This document shows positions 29,429-41,051 of a DNA stretch of 64,000 nucleotides, piece after piece (within the stretch, counting starts at the first letter, position 1; each line of letters begins with the position of its first letter). The notes beneath the pieces are model-generated. The model was given only the letters and a program-made list of their open reading frames with translations. It was not told the DNA's origin and searched no databases. The stretch is taken from assembly GCA_964016885.1 (NCBI GenBank), contig OZ024747.1:46128001-46192000 (forward strand), read 5' to 3'. Source of the stretch: Eledone cirrhosa (lineage: Eukaryota). Made by a program: the position numbers and the translations under genes.

Positions 29429-29780
29429 ATATATATAAAAGAGAAAATGTTTAGCTCTACATGGCTGAATACAATAAATGTAATCTGCAGTTCTGTTCAC
29501 ATGCCAACAGAAGAGAAAGAATGAAGGGTTCATTCTACTGACATGGCTATAAAATTGAGGTTTGTTTGCATAATTTCAAATGAATCGAATGTTATTATTA
29601 ACATTCGAAAAACTCAGAATACATTTATATATATATATATACGTGTGTCTGTGTGTGTATGTGTGTATGTGTGTGTGTGTGTGCGTGTATATATATATAT
29701 ATATGTGTGTATATATATATATATATTCACAGACATATATATATACGTATTTCCCTGTAAATTGAAAAAGTGATGAACAA

Positions 29781-29821
29781 CTTTAATCGGTTTTCAAGCA
29801 TGGTTGGGCTTTCATCAGAAG
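29781..29821 (-). ncRNA. Minimal type I hammerhead ribozyme
   Basis: Minus strand: ctt CTGATGA aagc-ccaaccat-gctt GAAA accgat TA aag. Confidence 0.75.
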
Positions 29822-29941
29822 ACTATAAGGAATCAGGTAATCGAGAGGCTTATATAAACTACCATTTATAGTAGTATAATGAAGTGGAAGTACTAATTTT
29901 TATATCACTAACATCCATGTTCCTAGTTAGTTAATATATAT

Positions 29942-30640
29942 ATAACTTTGATAACTTTGATAGGTTTCGGCCAGAATTGCCCAATACTGGCGAAGTCTTT
30001 CAAATCAGGATTTGGACACCATGGCCCAATCAAGTATAGAGTTATTGTTTACGGAGACATATCCGGGTGTAGGAGATTTATCCGGGATTTCTTGAAAGGA
30101 TTTGTCCAAAGACTTCTTTAACTTTATGGGGTCTGTTTCCGTTCTAATGTGTTTTGGTGTAATGTTAAAGTGAGTGGGGCCAATTGAGGTGAAATAATTG
30201 TGCTGTATTGTTGTTATGAGATGCGAGCGAGATTTTTGTCGTGCGCGGATAGCACGGGGCCTAAGCCTTGGGTGTACATAAAAGGTGATGCCAACATCAT
30301 TTGGGCAAAGCTGATGGAATATCATGCAGATAATGTAGCGCTTCCGGCGACCTTGGAGATAATAAAGGTTGAGCGTTTCTAGTCGACTCCAATAGTCAAG
30401 GCCTGTCATGCAATCTATCTTTTTTTAATTGACATTTGAGATGCTTCAACTTTCATGACACTTTGTTTCGTGTGGGAAGACCACAGTGGACGACAGTACT
30501 CAATGTGGGGTCGGTCAAAAGTGGAGAAGAGAAGGATAACAGTGTGGATATCTCTCAAGTGGAAGGTTCTGAGAATCCAGGACCACATTCTGCGGGCCAT
30601 GTCACCTTTGCTGTTTATATGAATGGCCCATCTCATGTTA
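29942..30640 (-). mobile_element. CR1-group LINE 3' fragment
   Basis: WILRTF..RPHIEYCRPLWS, LDYWSRLETLNLYYLQGRRKRY, TPGYVSVNNNSILDW; 3' stem-loop gccag..ctggc and an (ATCAAAGTT)2 tail. Confidence 0.85.
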
Positions 30641-30798
30641 TTTAAGCAGCCGAACTACATGATATTGATATATCTGCATATATAAAGTAACCGAAACTGC
30701 GTAAATATAACTTTATCATATACTTCGGCTGTTGTTGGGGGAATGGTCGGAGCAACCAGAAAACGAGACGAATATATTGTAAGGACATTCCAACACAC

Positions 30799-32478
30799 AT
30801 GCACACCCACAGACGCAAATTATGTATCCCTAAAGTACATAAAAGCGAATTAATAAGTAAGGCATGCAAGGAAGCCACAGACATAGTCATCAATGTCCCC
30901 TCACCCAATGATCTCAAATTAAGACCTATAATAGCAGGCCCCGCTTGCGAAACCTACCGCCTTAGCAACTTCATTGATACCCTTCTCAAGCCCTTTCTCA
31001 AACACATCAAAAGCTATATAAGGGACGACCTAGATATGCTCAATCACCTCCCTAATATGCCACTTTCTGAACAAACCCTACTAGTGACGTTCGATGTAGT
31101 CAACCTATACTCCAACATCCCCCACAACCTAGGAATAGAAGCTATCCAATTCTGGCTGGATAATTACCACAATGAACTCCCACAACGCATCAAAAAAGAA
31201 TTCGTGATAGAGGGACTCAAATTTATCTTGGAGAACAATTACTTCGTTTTCAATAACAAACCCTACAGGCAGAAATCTGGGACCGCTATGGGAACGAAAA
31301 CAGCCCCCACTTATGCCAACCTAGTCATGGGATACCTGGAAATCACCCTCTACACTAAAGTCCTAAACAAATTTGGAAACACTCTCCACTTACACATAGA
31401 AAGGAACTGGAAGCGATATCTAGATGACTGCTTCATCCTTTGGTACGAAAACATCGAGAAACTTAAAGAATTTCACACCCTTATAAATGGGCTCAACACG
31501 AATATTAACTTCACGATGGAATACAGCCATCAACAACTCCCCTTCCTCGACATCCTCATTAAGATCCATAACAAAAAAATAGAAACAGACATATATTACA
31601 ATCCCACAGACTCCAATCAATATCTTCCTTTCAACTCTTGCCACCCTAGACACGTTAAAATTAATATTCCCTACAACTTAGCCAAGAGAATCTGTACTAT
31701 AGTCTCCAATAAAAACACCTGCTACTTACGGCTACAAGAACTAAAGGACACACTCATAAGCAGGGACTACCTTGCATCACTAATTGACAATAGAATCCAA
31801 CGTGCCCTAAAACTCAGTACCCAGGACCTTAGACACCCTAAAGTAAATCAACCGAAACTAAAAGCTCTTCCATACATCTCCACACACAACCCCCTCAACA
31901 ATGAGGCCTTTGACACCATCCTCCAGAATATCCCTGTGTTGAAAAAGGACCATAGAATGAACCAAATCCTACGAACACACGATATCATAAAGAGCAAAAT
32001 ACAATCTAAGTCAATGAAAAACATCCTAACACATGCCAAAGTACTGCCAACCACAACAACGAAACCCACAATAAAAAAATGCGATAGACCCAACTGTGGC
32101 ATTTGCATCAACCTAATTGAGGGTTCGGAATTCTATTTCAAAGAAGGACAACGTTTTATAGTAAAACACAATTTCACATGTGCATCGGAAAATCTAATAT
32201 ATGTATTAACTTGCTCAGGTTGTCGAGAACAATACATAGGCCAGACCAAAAACAGCCTCCGCCAACGCATGACTGTCCATAGATCCCAAATTAAAATACG
32301 GGAATACAGGAAAATACCACTGAGTGAACACATTGATACCTGTGCCACCCAAAATCATCCCAACTTCAGAATCTTTCCCCTCTACAAATTTAAAGATAAT
32401 GCCACCCACACCCAGCGCATCAGCAAGGAAGCTTACTTTATTAACAAATACGGACCCCGTCTAAACACTTCTCCCTAA
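30799..32478 (+). CDS. Neptune-like PLE RT + GIY-YIG endonuclease (5'-truncated, open frame)
   Basis: IPKVHK, LRPIIAG, TFDVVNLYSNI, GTAMGTKTAPTYANL, RYLDD, LPFLD, CDRPNCGIC Zn motif, FTCASENLIYVLTCSGCREQYIGQT...RMTVHR. Homology starts at about 30820, so the Met is probably fortuitous. Confidence 0.93.
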   Translation: MHTHRRKLCIPKVHKSELISKACKEATDIVINVPSPNDLKLRPIIAGPACETYRLSNFIDTLLKPFLKHIKSYIRDDLDMLNHLPNMPLSEQTLLVTFDVVNLYSNIPHNLGIEAIQFWLDNYHNELPQRIKKEFVIEGLKFILENNYFVFNNKPYRQKSGTAMGTKTAPTYANLVMGYLEITLYTKVLNKFGNTLHLHIERNWKRYLDDCFILWYENIEKLKEFHTLINGLNTNINFTMEYSHQQLPFLDILIKIHNKKIETDIYYNPTDSNQYLPFNSCHPRHVKINIPYNLAKRICTIVSNKNTCYLRLQELKDTLISRDYLASLIDNRIQRALKLSTQDLRHPKVNQPKLKALPYISTHNPLNNEAFDTILQNIPVLKKDHRMNQILRTHDIIKSKIQSKSMKNILTHAKVLPTTTTKPTIKKCDRPNCGICINLIEGSEFYFKEGQRFIVKHNFTCASENLIYVLTCSGCREQYIGQTKNSLRQRMTVHRSQIKIREYRKIPLSEHIDTCATQNHPNFRIFPLYKFKDNATHTQRISKEAYFINKYGPRLNTSP

Positions 32479-32613
32479 GACGAACCCACAACATACACAC
32501 GTCAACATACATACCTACATCAGCACACATCTCTACCCACATATAAACACAATGACATACGTAAACACACATGTTCTATGGTGCAACACAAATATATATA
32601 TATATATATATAG

Positions 32614-32664
<51 letters not shown>

Positions 32665-32716
32665 ATACTTTGGGAGAGTCATGTTGCAACACAAATATAT
32701 ATATATATATATATAG

Positions 32717-32753
<37 letters not shown>

Positions 32754-32761
<8 letters not shown>

Positions 32762-32813
32762 ATACTTTGGGAGGGTCATGTTGCAACATGACCCTCCCAA
32801 AGTATAACAATAT
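32754..32813. repeat. Perfect 30+30-bp palindrome in (TA)n
   Basis: atattgttatactttgggagggtcatgttg|caacatgaccctcccaaagtataacaatat; a half-copy lies at 32656-32690. Confidence 0.9.
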
Positions 32814-32867
32814 CGGTTTCAACACACGATTTCAGATAAAGAATCTTGCTAAACAAATTCAGAAACG

Positions 32868-32898
<31 letters not shown>

Positions 32899-33248
32899 AT
32901 ATCATTTCACACCTTTTATTATTAAGGTTTTTGATGTCCTATTGAGAGAATCGATTTTACTGAAAATATCGAATAATGAAGACCATTTTACCAGGGAAAA
33001 AATACTGGTCCACCCACCCACACACACACACACACACGCACACATATTTTCTCACACACACACACATATATACACACACACATACACACGCGTACATTAA
33101 CATACAACGAGACATATACACACACACACACACACACACTTCTCCGTATAAGACAAGAGCTGAAAAATATCTTTTAACATGTTAAAATATCCCTCACTCA
33201 CTTACAGACACATTCCTACTGACCATCCCTCTACCACGAATTACTCTG

Positions 33249-33307
<59 letters not shown>

Positions 33308-33459
33308 TCTTAATAGGCATTTGACCTGTCAACAGGCTGCAGTTCGCACACACATCCCTGCTAACCATTATCACAACAACGAACACTTTACTACTACTAC
33401 ACACACACACACATATTTGTTGTGAAAGAGTCATTTCTCAGTCAGCCGACACAAACCTA

Positions 33460-33813
33460 CATTTGGCTCAAAATCAATTTTTTACATTCACATGACCTCT
33501 ACCAACCAATCAAAATTGTTTTGACCACAAGAATTTTTGCAACACGAATTGGCGCAAAACCTATTTTAATACCGCTGGAGCCACTTTTTTAACATAAAAA
33601 CAGGTAGAATTCCCAAAACTAATCAGATCAGAGCAAACATCACGGACGCTTTATCTCAAAATTATTTTTGAAAAGCATTAGAAATGCGCAACCGGTAAAA
33701 CTTAAAACCGAAACTGAATACTAACCAATACAATTACTAATTCTCACTTATTCCTAATTAAAGTATGTTTCACTGTGAACAATTTGTCAGCATTTTCTAT
33801 TCCGTTTACCAAT
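33460..33813 (+). mobile_element. Probable 3' pLTR of the Neptune-like PLE
   Basis: Lies downstream of the ORF after a CA-rich UTR and ends in (TA)n. A solo copy exists at 14793; HHR-like fold at 33665-33700. Confidence 0.65.
33665..33700 (+). ncRNA. Hammerhead-like fold with U3-A8 and GCAA in place of GAAA
   Basis: ttt TTGAAAA gcatt-aga-aatgc GCAA ccgg TA aaa; the same core is present at 14914-14951(-). Confidence 0.45.
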
Positions 33814-34120
33814 ATATATATATATATAAATATATATATATCATATATTGAGTTATAAACTCAAAATAGTCTTTTACAATTAAATAGCTCAAAGAAGGGA
33901 ATATTTCCGAGCCGTGTAATACAAATGAATATATCAGAGGCCATTGCCAATATAGGTTTGTTATTTTTATTGATTTATTATTTTAAATCGAGACAGGAAA
34001 ACCATATTATTTTAAATTAGTATTGTTCAACCTAGCTAACTTGATTATTTGCAAATCGAACACATGTATACATGTATCAGTGTTCATCCCTTTCATATAT
34101 TCATTTGTATATATATATAT

Positions 34121-34495
34121 CCAGGGAGTGTAACTTAGAGTTACTGTAGGTTCACCCGGGTGAGCATTCGCTGTTTGGGTTCACTTCTGTGTCGAGGTGT
34201 AGAGCTAGACAGCGTGTATCATAGTGAAAAGATAACAAGGACGATTGGTTACTCCTTCATTACATTTATTGGTTGGTGACGTGCGTTTCGCCACTGATCA
34301 GCTCAAGGTTCGATCTGTGTCGATCTTACCCGACTCTGTAATCTGCAGCTCGACGGACCCCTTGAAATGGTAGTAGGAAATACTAGTAGGAAATGAATAG
34401 CATGTATTCATTTCCTACTACTAGCATTTCAAGGGGTCCGTCGAGCTGCAGGTTACTCCAATAAAGGAGTAACCAATCGTTCTTGTTATCTTTTC

Positions 34496-34500
<5 letters not shown>
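34121..34500. mobile_element. Fold-back element with HHR 3' half and a structured insert
   Basis: Outer arms at 34224-34257 and 34464-34497, inner arms at about 34338-34399 and 34405-34455; minus strand GAAAC-gcac-GTC at about 34290-34278. Confidence 0.75.
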
Positions 34501-34542
<42 letters not shown>

Positions 34543-34941
34543 CTTTGCGTGCTTTTGTTCTCCACGCTCCACATATGACTTATTATCTTCGTTTTTTCGT
34601 TCATTGCCAGAGAACGTCTCTATGCACCACCTAAGAGAACATTAGTCTACGACCTCTTTTATACCATAAACGTGGTTTTGTCTTTGCGCGTAATTGTTTT
34701 TCACCACTCCTATTAATTGTTTCTACTTTAGGCACAAGGCCAGCAATTACCCAGTGCATTACTGGTACTTTATTCTATCGACCCCGTAAGGATGAAAGGC
34801 AAAGTGAATGACGTATTATTCGTTTTTTCCCGTTCTTTGCCAGCGAACGTTACCACGAACCAAAGTATCGTCTTCCTGTCTTCCTCCGGTTGCAACGTTT
34901 TTTTAAATATCCACTTCTGCGTTTACAGATTGACTTTGTTA

Positions 34942-34990
34942 GTTTCAGAAGATCCCGTTAAGGGTGAAAGCAGCGATTCTTTGCTTAAAC
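34942..34990 (+). ncRNA. Hammerhead-like ribozyme, U4A core (second copy)
   Basis: Identical to 27616-27664. Confidence 0.68.
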
Positions 34991-35007
34991 TTTAATCTGT
35001 TATTTTA

Positions 35008-35136
<129 letters not shown>

Positions 35137-35802
35137 TATATGTATATGAATATACACATATACATTTATGCCTATGTGCGTGAGTATATGTTTGTATAGA
35201 CACGTCAGAAAGTCACAGACATAAATATCAGTATGTTTGGTGTGCCTGTGTGAGTCTGTGTGCTAACATATATCATTTTGAAAAGAAACATTTTGTGCAA
35301 ATATATCGGCTGCATTAGTTTGGCATTAGTAGCTCTCTAGAGCATGTCCATGCATAGACTTTATTCTATTTCTGTTGTGTCTGTGATCTTTATGGTAGTT
35401 TTTCTTTCACAAACATCAGAAAACATATATCGAACTTATATAAATATCTGTCCCTCCATTTTCATTGCCTGTAAACTTATATCACTCTTTGACACGGGAT
35501 ATCGCTCAGTGTCGCAAATCATATCAGCTGACAGCAGATTAAACAGAAAATTGTAAAGAAGAAAACCAGATGCTTTGTGTCATAATGGTACACGGCAGTG
35601 ATATCATATTATGTATATTATAACGTTTGATAATATGTAGACATTTAATAAAGCGTCAGAGTTGTTAACGTATCGGATAGTATGCCTTCTGATATGTGTT
35701 CCAGTTCTAAGTGGCCTGAGTTTGAATACCACTGAAGTAATCGTTTCCTTTCGCCCGTACGTATGCTTTGAATATATTTCCCGTCAAGGATTAAAGGCCA
35801 TT

Positions 35803-35886
<84 letters not shown>

Positions 35887-35926
35887 CCTCTCTCTTTCTC
35901 TCTCTTTCTCTCCCTCTCTCTCTCTC

Positions 35927-35960
<34 letters not shown>

Positions 35961-35964
35961 CATG

Positions 35965-36023
<59 letters not shown>

Positions 36024-36108
36024 AAAAGGTAAACTGAAATAACAACACAATCGGTACAGTATATGGAAGGAATATATTAGGTTAACGCTTGAAATTCCAA
36101 GAAGAGGG

Positions 36109-36144
36109 TTCTGGCGTTTCGGACGCTAGTCCTTCATCAGAAGA
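36109..36144 (-). ncRNA. Minimal hammerhead ribozyme (cleavage site mutated in this copy)
   Basis: Minus strand: tctt CTGATGA a-ggac-tagc-gtcc GAAA cg cc aga. The sibling at 21867 has GAAA cg TT aaga. Lies in element 36022-36290. Confidence 0.72.
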
Positions 36145-36271
36145 AAGAATGAGAAATAAGATAGATTGAAGGGACGGGCGGGTTGGGGGTTAGAAAAAGT
36201 GTTTTTAGATAAAAATAACAGGTCCATTCATGATGACATCTCTTGTAAAACTGTTGGTGCTGGCGTTTTGA

Positions 36272-36513
<242 letters not shown>

Positions 36514-37052
36514 GTATAACAATAATCGATGCAGTGAAGGTGCTGATGTGATAGAATTGGTAGAGTGTCGGACAGCATGCTTTATGACATACAGTTAGGT
36601 TCTTAGTTCAAAATCCGTCGTGGTTAGCTTCGCTTTTCATCCGTGCAGGTTCAATAAAATAGTAACACACTGGGAGTCGATTTAATCGACTTCTCTCCTT
36701 CCTTCAAATTTGCTGTACTTATGCCAAATGCTGAACCAATAATTGACGAGGTGGTGACTTATTAAAAATGATTGATCGATCGATAGATTTTCGCGTTCCA
36801 GTTGTTCGATCAATCGAATTCACTGCTCATTAAATTAACGTTCTAGTAGTTGAGCATTTCACAATCATTTGCACCTTTAACGAAACTCTCAGACAGATTC
36901 AACATGGTACTCTTGCTGGCAAGGCTGACCCTTTGAATTATAGATGAATTGTATTCTGTTGTTTTCACATATGGGTTTTTCTTCTTGACTTTTCTAGTAT
37001 ATATATATATATGATATTAAATAAATGGAAACTATATTTATAAAACCATATT

Positions 37053-37117
37053 TATTTCATTATACATATTTCAGGGATACCAAATTAAAATATGGTATGC
37101 CATCATCAGATAAAATA
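37053..37117 (-). ncRNA. Type I hammerhead ribozyme in fold-back element 37013-37335
   Basis: Minus strand: tattttat CTGATGA tggc-atacca-tattttaatt-tggtat-ccct GAAA tatgta TA atgaaata. Arms at 37013-37062 and 37193-37243. Confidence 0.8.
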
Positions 37118-37416
37118 CAATATATAAACAGTTTTATAAATAATTTTGACGTACCCTATTAGATGCAACCATTATTTTTGGAAGCTGTCTGGATAGTGAG
37201 ATAAATATGGTTTTATAAATATAGTTTCCATTTATTTAATATCGTATATCTACTCCAAAAACTTGTCGAGTGCTTTATATCAGTTATAAAATATTTACTT
37301 GTTGTATCCCAACAATTTTAAATAGAACTTTTGCATATATATATATATGTATACATTTGTGTGTGTGTGTATGTGTATGTGTGTATGTGTGTATGTGTGT
37401 ATGTGTGTGTGTATGG

Positions 37417-37558
<142 letters not shown>

Positions 37559-37716
37559 GTGTTATGATGTTTGAAAGTTTGGGAATATTAAACGTAGAAA
37601 ATATCTCTAATAACAGTTTAGTGGATTGCTGTAAATTATGACTAAGAAATCAGAAAAATACCACCAGACGATAGTGTGTTGCAACTGTATGTATATATAT
37701 ATATATGTGTGTGTGT

Positions 37717-37780
<64 letters not shown>

Positions 37781-37793
37781 ATGTGTGTGTGTG

Positions 37794-37865
<72 letters not shown>

Positions 37866-38078
37866 TCCCCTACGGTATGCTATATTTTCTGTTGTTCTCC
37901 TGTCTCACTCGCTTTACGCGTTTTAATTGTCCTAATAACTTATTTTGGTTATTATTGCACCGAAGTGAGATATATGATTTTTAATGCAATGAAATATCTA
38001 TGATCATCGGCAAATCACTGATGAGGGACTTATTTTATTACATGTTACCATGTGCTACCTGCAGTATTTTTCTCTATA

Positions 38079-38125
<47 letters not shown>

Positions 38126-38240
38126 TTTTCGGTCTACATGGCTGAATACAATAATTGTAATCTGAGTTTTTCGAATATTAATAATAATATTCGATTCGTT
38201 TGCAATAATGCAAACAAGCCTCGTTTTTTAGTCTGTTTAT

Positions 38241-38340
38241 ATGCAAATATGGCTGATCAGTGGATCTGCTAATATGCAGATCTGACTGATCAGCCAGTCT
38301 GCTAATATGCAAATCAGACCGATCTGTCACTGTATATATT
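38241..38340 (+). promoter_or_regulatory. Three 33-bp repeats each with an octamer (ATGCAAAT/ATGCAGAT), followed by a TATA-like box
   Basis: ATGCAAAT at 38241 and 38307, ATGCAGAT at 38274; the same arrangement occurs at 45076-45149. Function is inferred. Confidence 0.45.
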
Positions 38341-38390
38341 AGGAAATATCATATATTTTCACTAGCTCTGACAGTTGGCAGGTGAACAGT

Positions 38391-38440
38391 GAACTGCAAT
38401 GATAAAGGGTAATACCCAGAAACATTAGTGTCTGCAGTTC
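38391..38440 (+). ncRNA. Hammerhead-like fold with ATGATAA core
   Basis: gaactgca ATGATAA a-gggt-aat-accc-a GAAA cattagtg TC tgcagttc: 8-bp stem I and a GUC triplet. Confidence 0.62.
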
Positions 38441-38698
38441 TGTTTACATGCCAACACAAGGGCAAGAATGAGGGGCTCATTCTACCGACATGGCTTTAAA
38501 ATTGAGGCTTGTTTGCATAATTGCAAACGAATAGAATATTATTATTAATATTCGAAAAACTCAGATTACCTTTATATATATATATAAATATAGAGAGTGG
38601 TAGAACACTGGATGGTAATATCCGTAGCGGTAGAGCACTGTCCATGGGACGAGTTAGGTAGAAGTGGTTACACAACAGTTATTTCACCATACAGATTT

Positions 38699-38736
38699 CG
38701 AGCTGAGGATCCGCTAAGGTGAAACAATTGTTCTCG
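38699..38736 (+). ncRNA. Minimal type I hammerhead ribozyme
   Basis: cgag CTGAGGA t-cc-gctaa-gg-t GAAA caattg TT ctcg; inverted partial copy at about 38674-38688. Confidence 0.8.
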
Positions 38737-38860
38737 GTATATATATATAGTAATAATAATAAATTTGAAGACTAAAATCCAAAGAGGGCTCGATAAGGAT
38801 AAATATATATCAGATATATATGAACCGTAGAGAAAATATTTATTAAAATAACAGATTAAA

Positions 38861-38909
38861 GTTTAAGCAAAGAATCGCTGCTTTCACCTTTAACGGGATC
38901 TTCTGAAAC
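38861..38909 (-). ncRNA. Hammerhead-like ribozyme, U4A core (third copy)
   Basis: Reverse complement of the 27616 motif with one stem II substitution, in element 38748-38927. Confidence 0.65.
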
Positions 38910-38924
38910 TAAAAAAATCAATCT

Positions 38925-38985
<61 letters not shown>

Positions 38986-39779
38986 TTATGTGTGTGTGTG
39001 TGTATGTGTGTGTGTGCGTGTGTGTGTGTATAAAGAAGAAGAAGATGAAGCTATAAAGAGAGAGAACATCTCATACAAAACCCAGTATAGTAACCTAAAA
39101 TAAGAACACTTCACAACCGTATTTCCGTGGAGTTAATAGGCGGTTTATATTGGGTGCTATTTCTAGTAGCAATTTAGACTCGTCCTTTGACCATGATATA
39201 CAAATATTTGCCTTGTTAGTCGATTATATATTTTTGTCTCATGCCTTAAATAATCCCGCTGAGGAAATATTTTCCGGCATGATGGACTGTCTCAATCAAT
39301 TGGTATGATCAGAACCGTTTCTTGATCTTGGCAACTGCAATAACGGAACTTAGGGAAATCTTTTAACTAAGACTGCATCCCGAGAGAAAGATGCTTGTGA
39401 AGTGTACTTATTTTAGAGCACTTTACTAGGATCTACAACTCAGTGATTTTGTATAATCTGTTCTATATGTATATGCTTCTCTGTATTAGATCTACCTTTG
39501 TTGTTTGGCAAGTGACTCGGTATGTGACCGTGTATTGAAACTGAAGCATTTACATTAAGGAGTCAGCATTAATCATCCAAAAATCATTATACTCATTTAT
39601 CGTTGATTTTGTAGGGTTAGATTTTTTGTCGCATACTTTAATGACCTGGCTACTAAAACAATTACACTTGAATTTTTGCAGAAACAGTTTGTGAAAGTTA
39701 AGAGTACTCTATTCTTATACTTTCCTTGCATGTTTACACATAGTCACACACACACACACATAGTCACACACACACACAT

Positions 39780-39851
<72 letters not shown>

Positions 39852-40563
39852 GCACAGTCATGACTGAAAAATATATTGTTTTCTGTCGATATATGTATGT
39901 ACATACTAGCCTTCCTTATCTTTTGAATTTCTTTACAGTTCTTTTTCTTTTGTAATGTATAGTTGTTGTTTATTATTTTTGATTTTTATGTCTTGTTTTT
40001 TTTATTTTATTTTATATATTTTTTGTCATGCAAATGAGATTTGAATCAGAACAATGGGACTTTTTCAAATTAATCTATGTTTCATTTTAAGAATGGGCTT
40101 TCATTTTTATTTTTTTCATTTACTGTCAAGTAATTTGAAAAGAAACAATTCAAAACGGTATTAAGCCAACACCAGAAAAATCTTCATAAGATTTATGACA
40201 AAAACCAAATGAACTATATAATAATGAAAGACTTCAATGTCGAAAAAACAACAAATATGGAAAAAAAAAAATTAAATAAACAGTTATTCAGTTGTCTCTT
40301 TTTTAATTATATTTTTAAATACTGTTAAAATAATTTTTTAAGAACACTAATGACAATAACAACGACAATGAAGAGAAAATATGAATAAATAGTTTCAAAG
40401 AAAGAGAGAGAGGGATGGAGAGAGTGTGTGTGTGTGAGGGAGGGAGGGAGGGAAAGATAATGACAGACAACGGGTGAGAAAGGAACAAAAAATATTATTT
40501 CAGTACGAGGAAACATAGACATACACCTATATATTTACACACGCAAACATAAACGCACACAGG

Positions 40564-40609
<46 letters not shown>

Positions 40610-40616
40610 TATGTAT

Positions 40617-40647
<31 letters not shown>

Positions 40648-40651
40648 CACG

Positions 40652-40704
<53 letters not shown>

Positions 40705-40735
40705 ACACACGCACACATATATAGATATATTCTTC

Positions 40736-40800
<65 letters not shown>

Positions 40801-40828
40801 GTACATATATATATATATATACACATAC

Positions 40829-40873
<45 letters not shown>

Positions 40874-40891
40874 TACATATATACATATATA

Positions 40892-40931
<40 letters not shown>

Positions 40932-40997
40932 GTATGTGTGTATATATATATATATATACAGAGAGAGAGAGAGCGAGAGAGAGAGAGAGAGAGCGAG

Positions 40998-41051
<54 letters not shown>

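Larger units (their letters stand above)
38121..38575. mobile_element. Fold-back pLTR-like element with octamer repeats and a variant HHR
   Basis: Inverted arms at about 38157-38222 and 38504-38568; relatives at 44750-45410 and 29440-29628. Confidence 0.85.
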
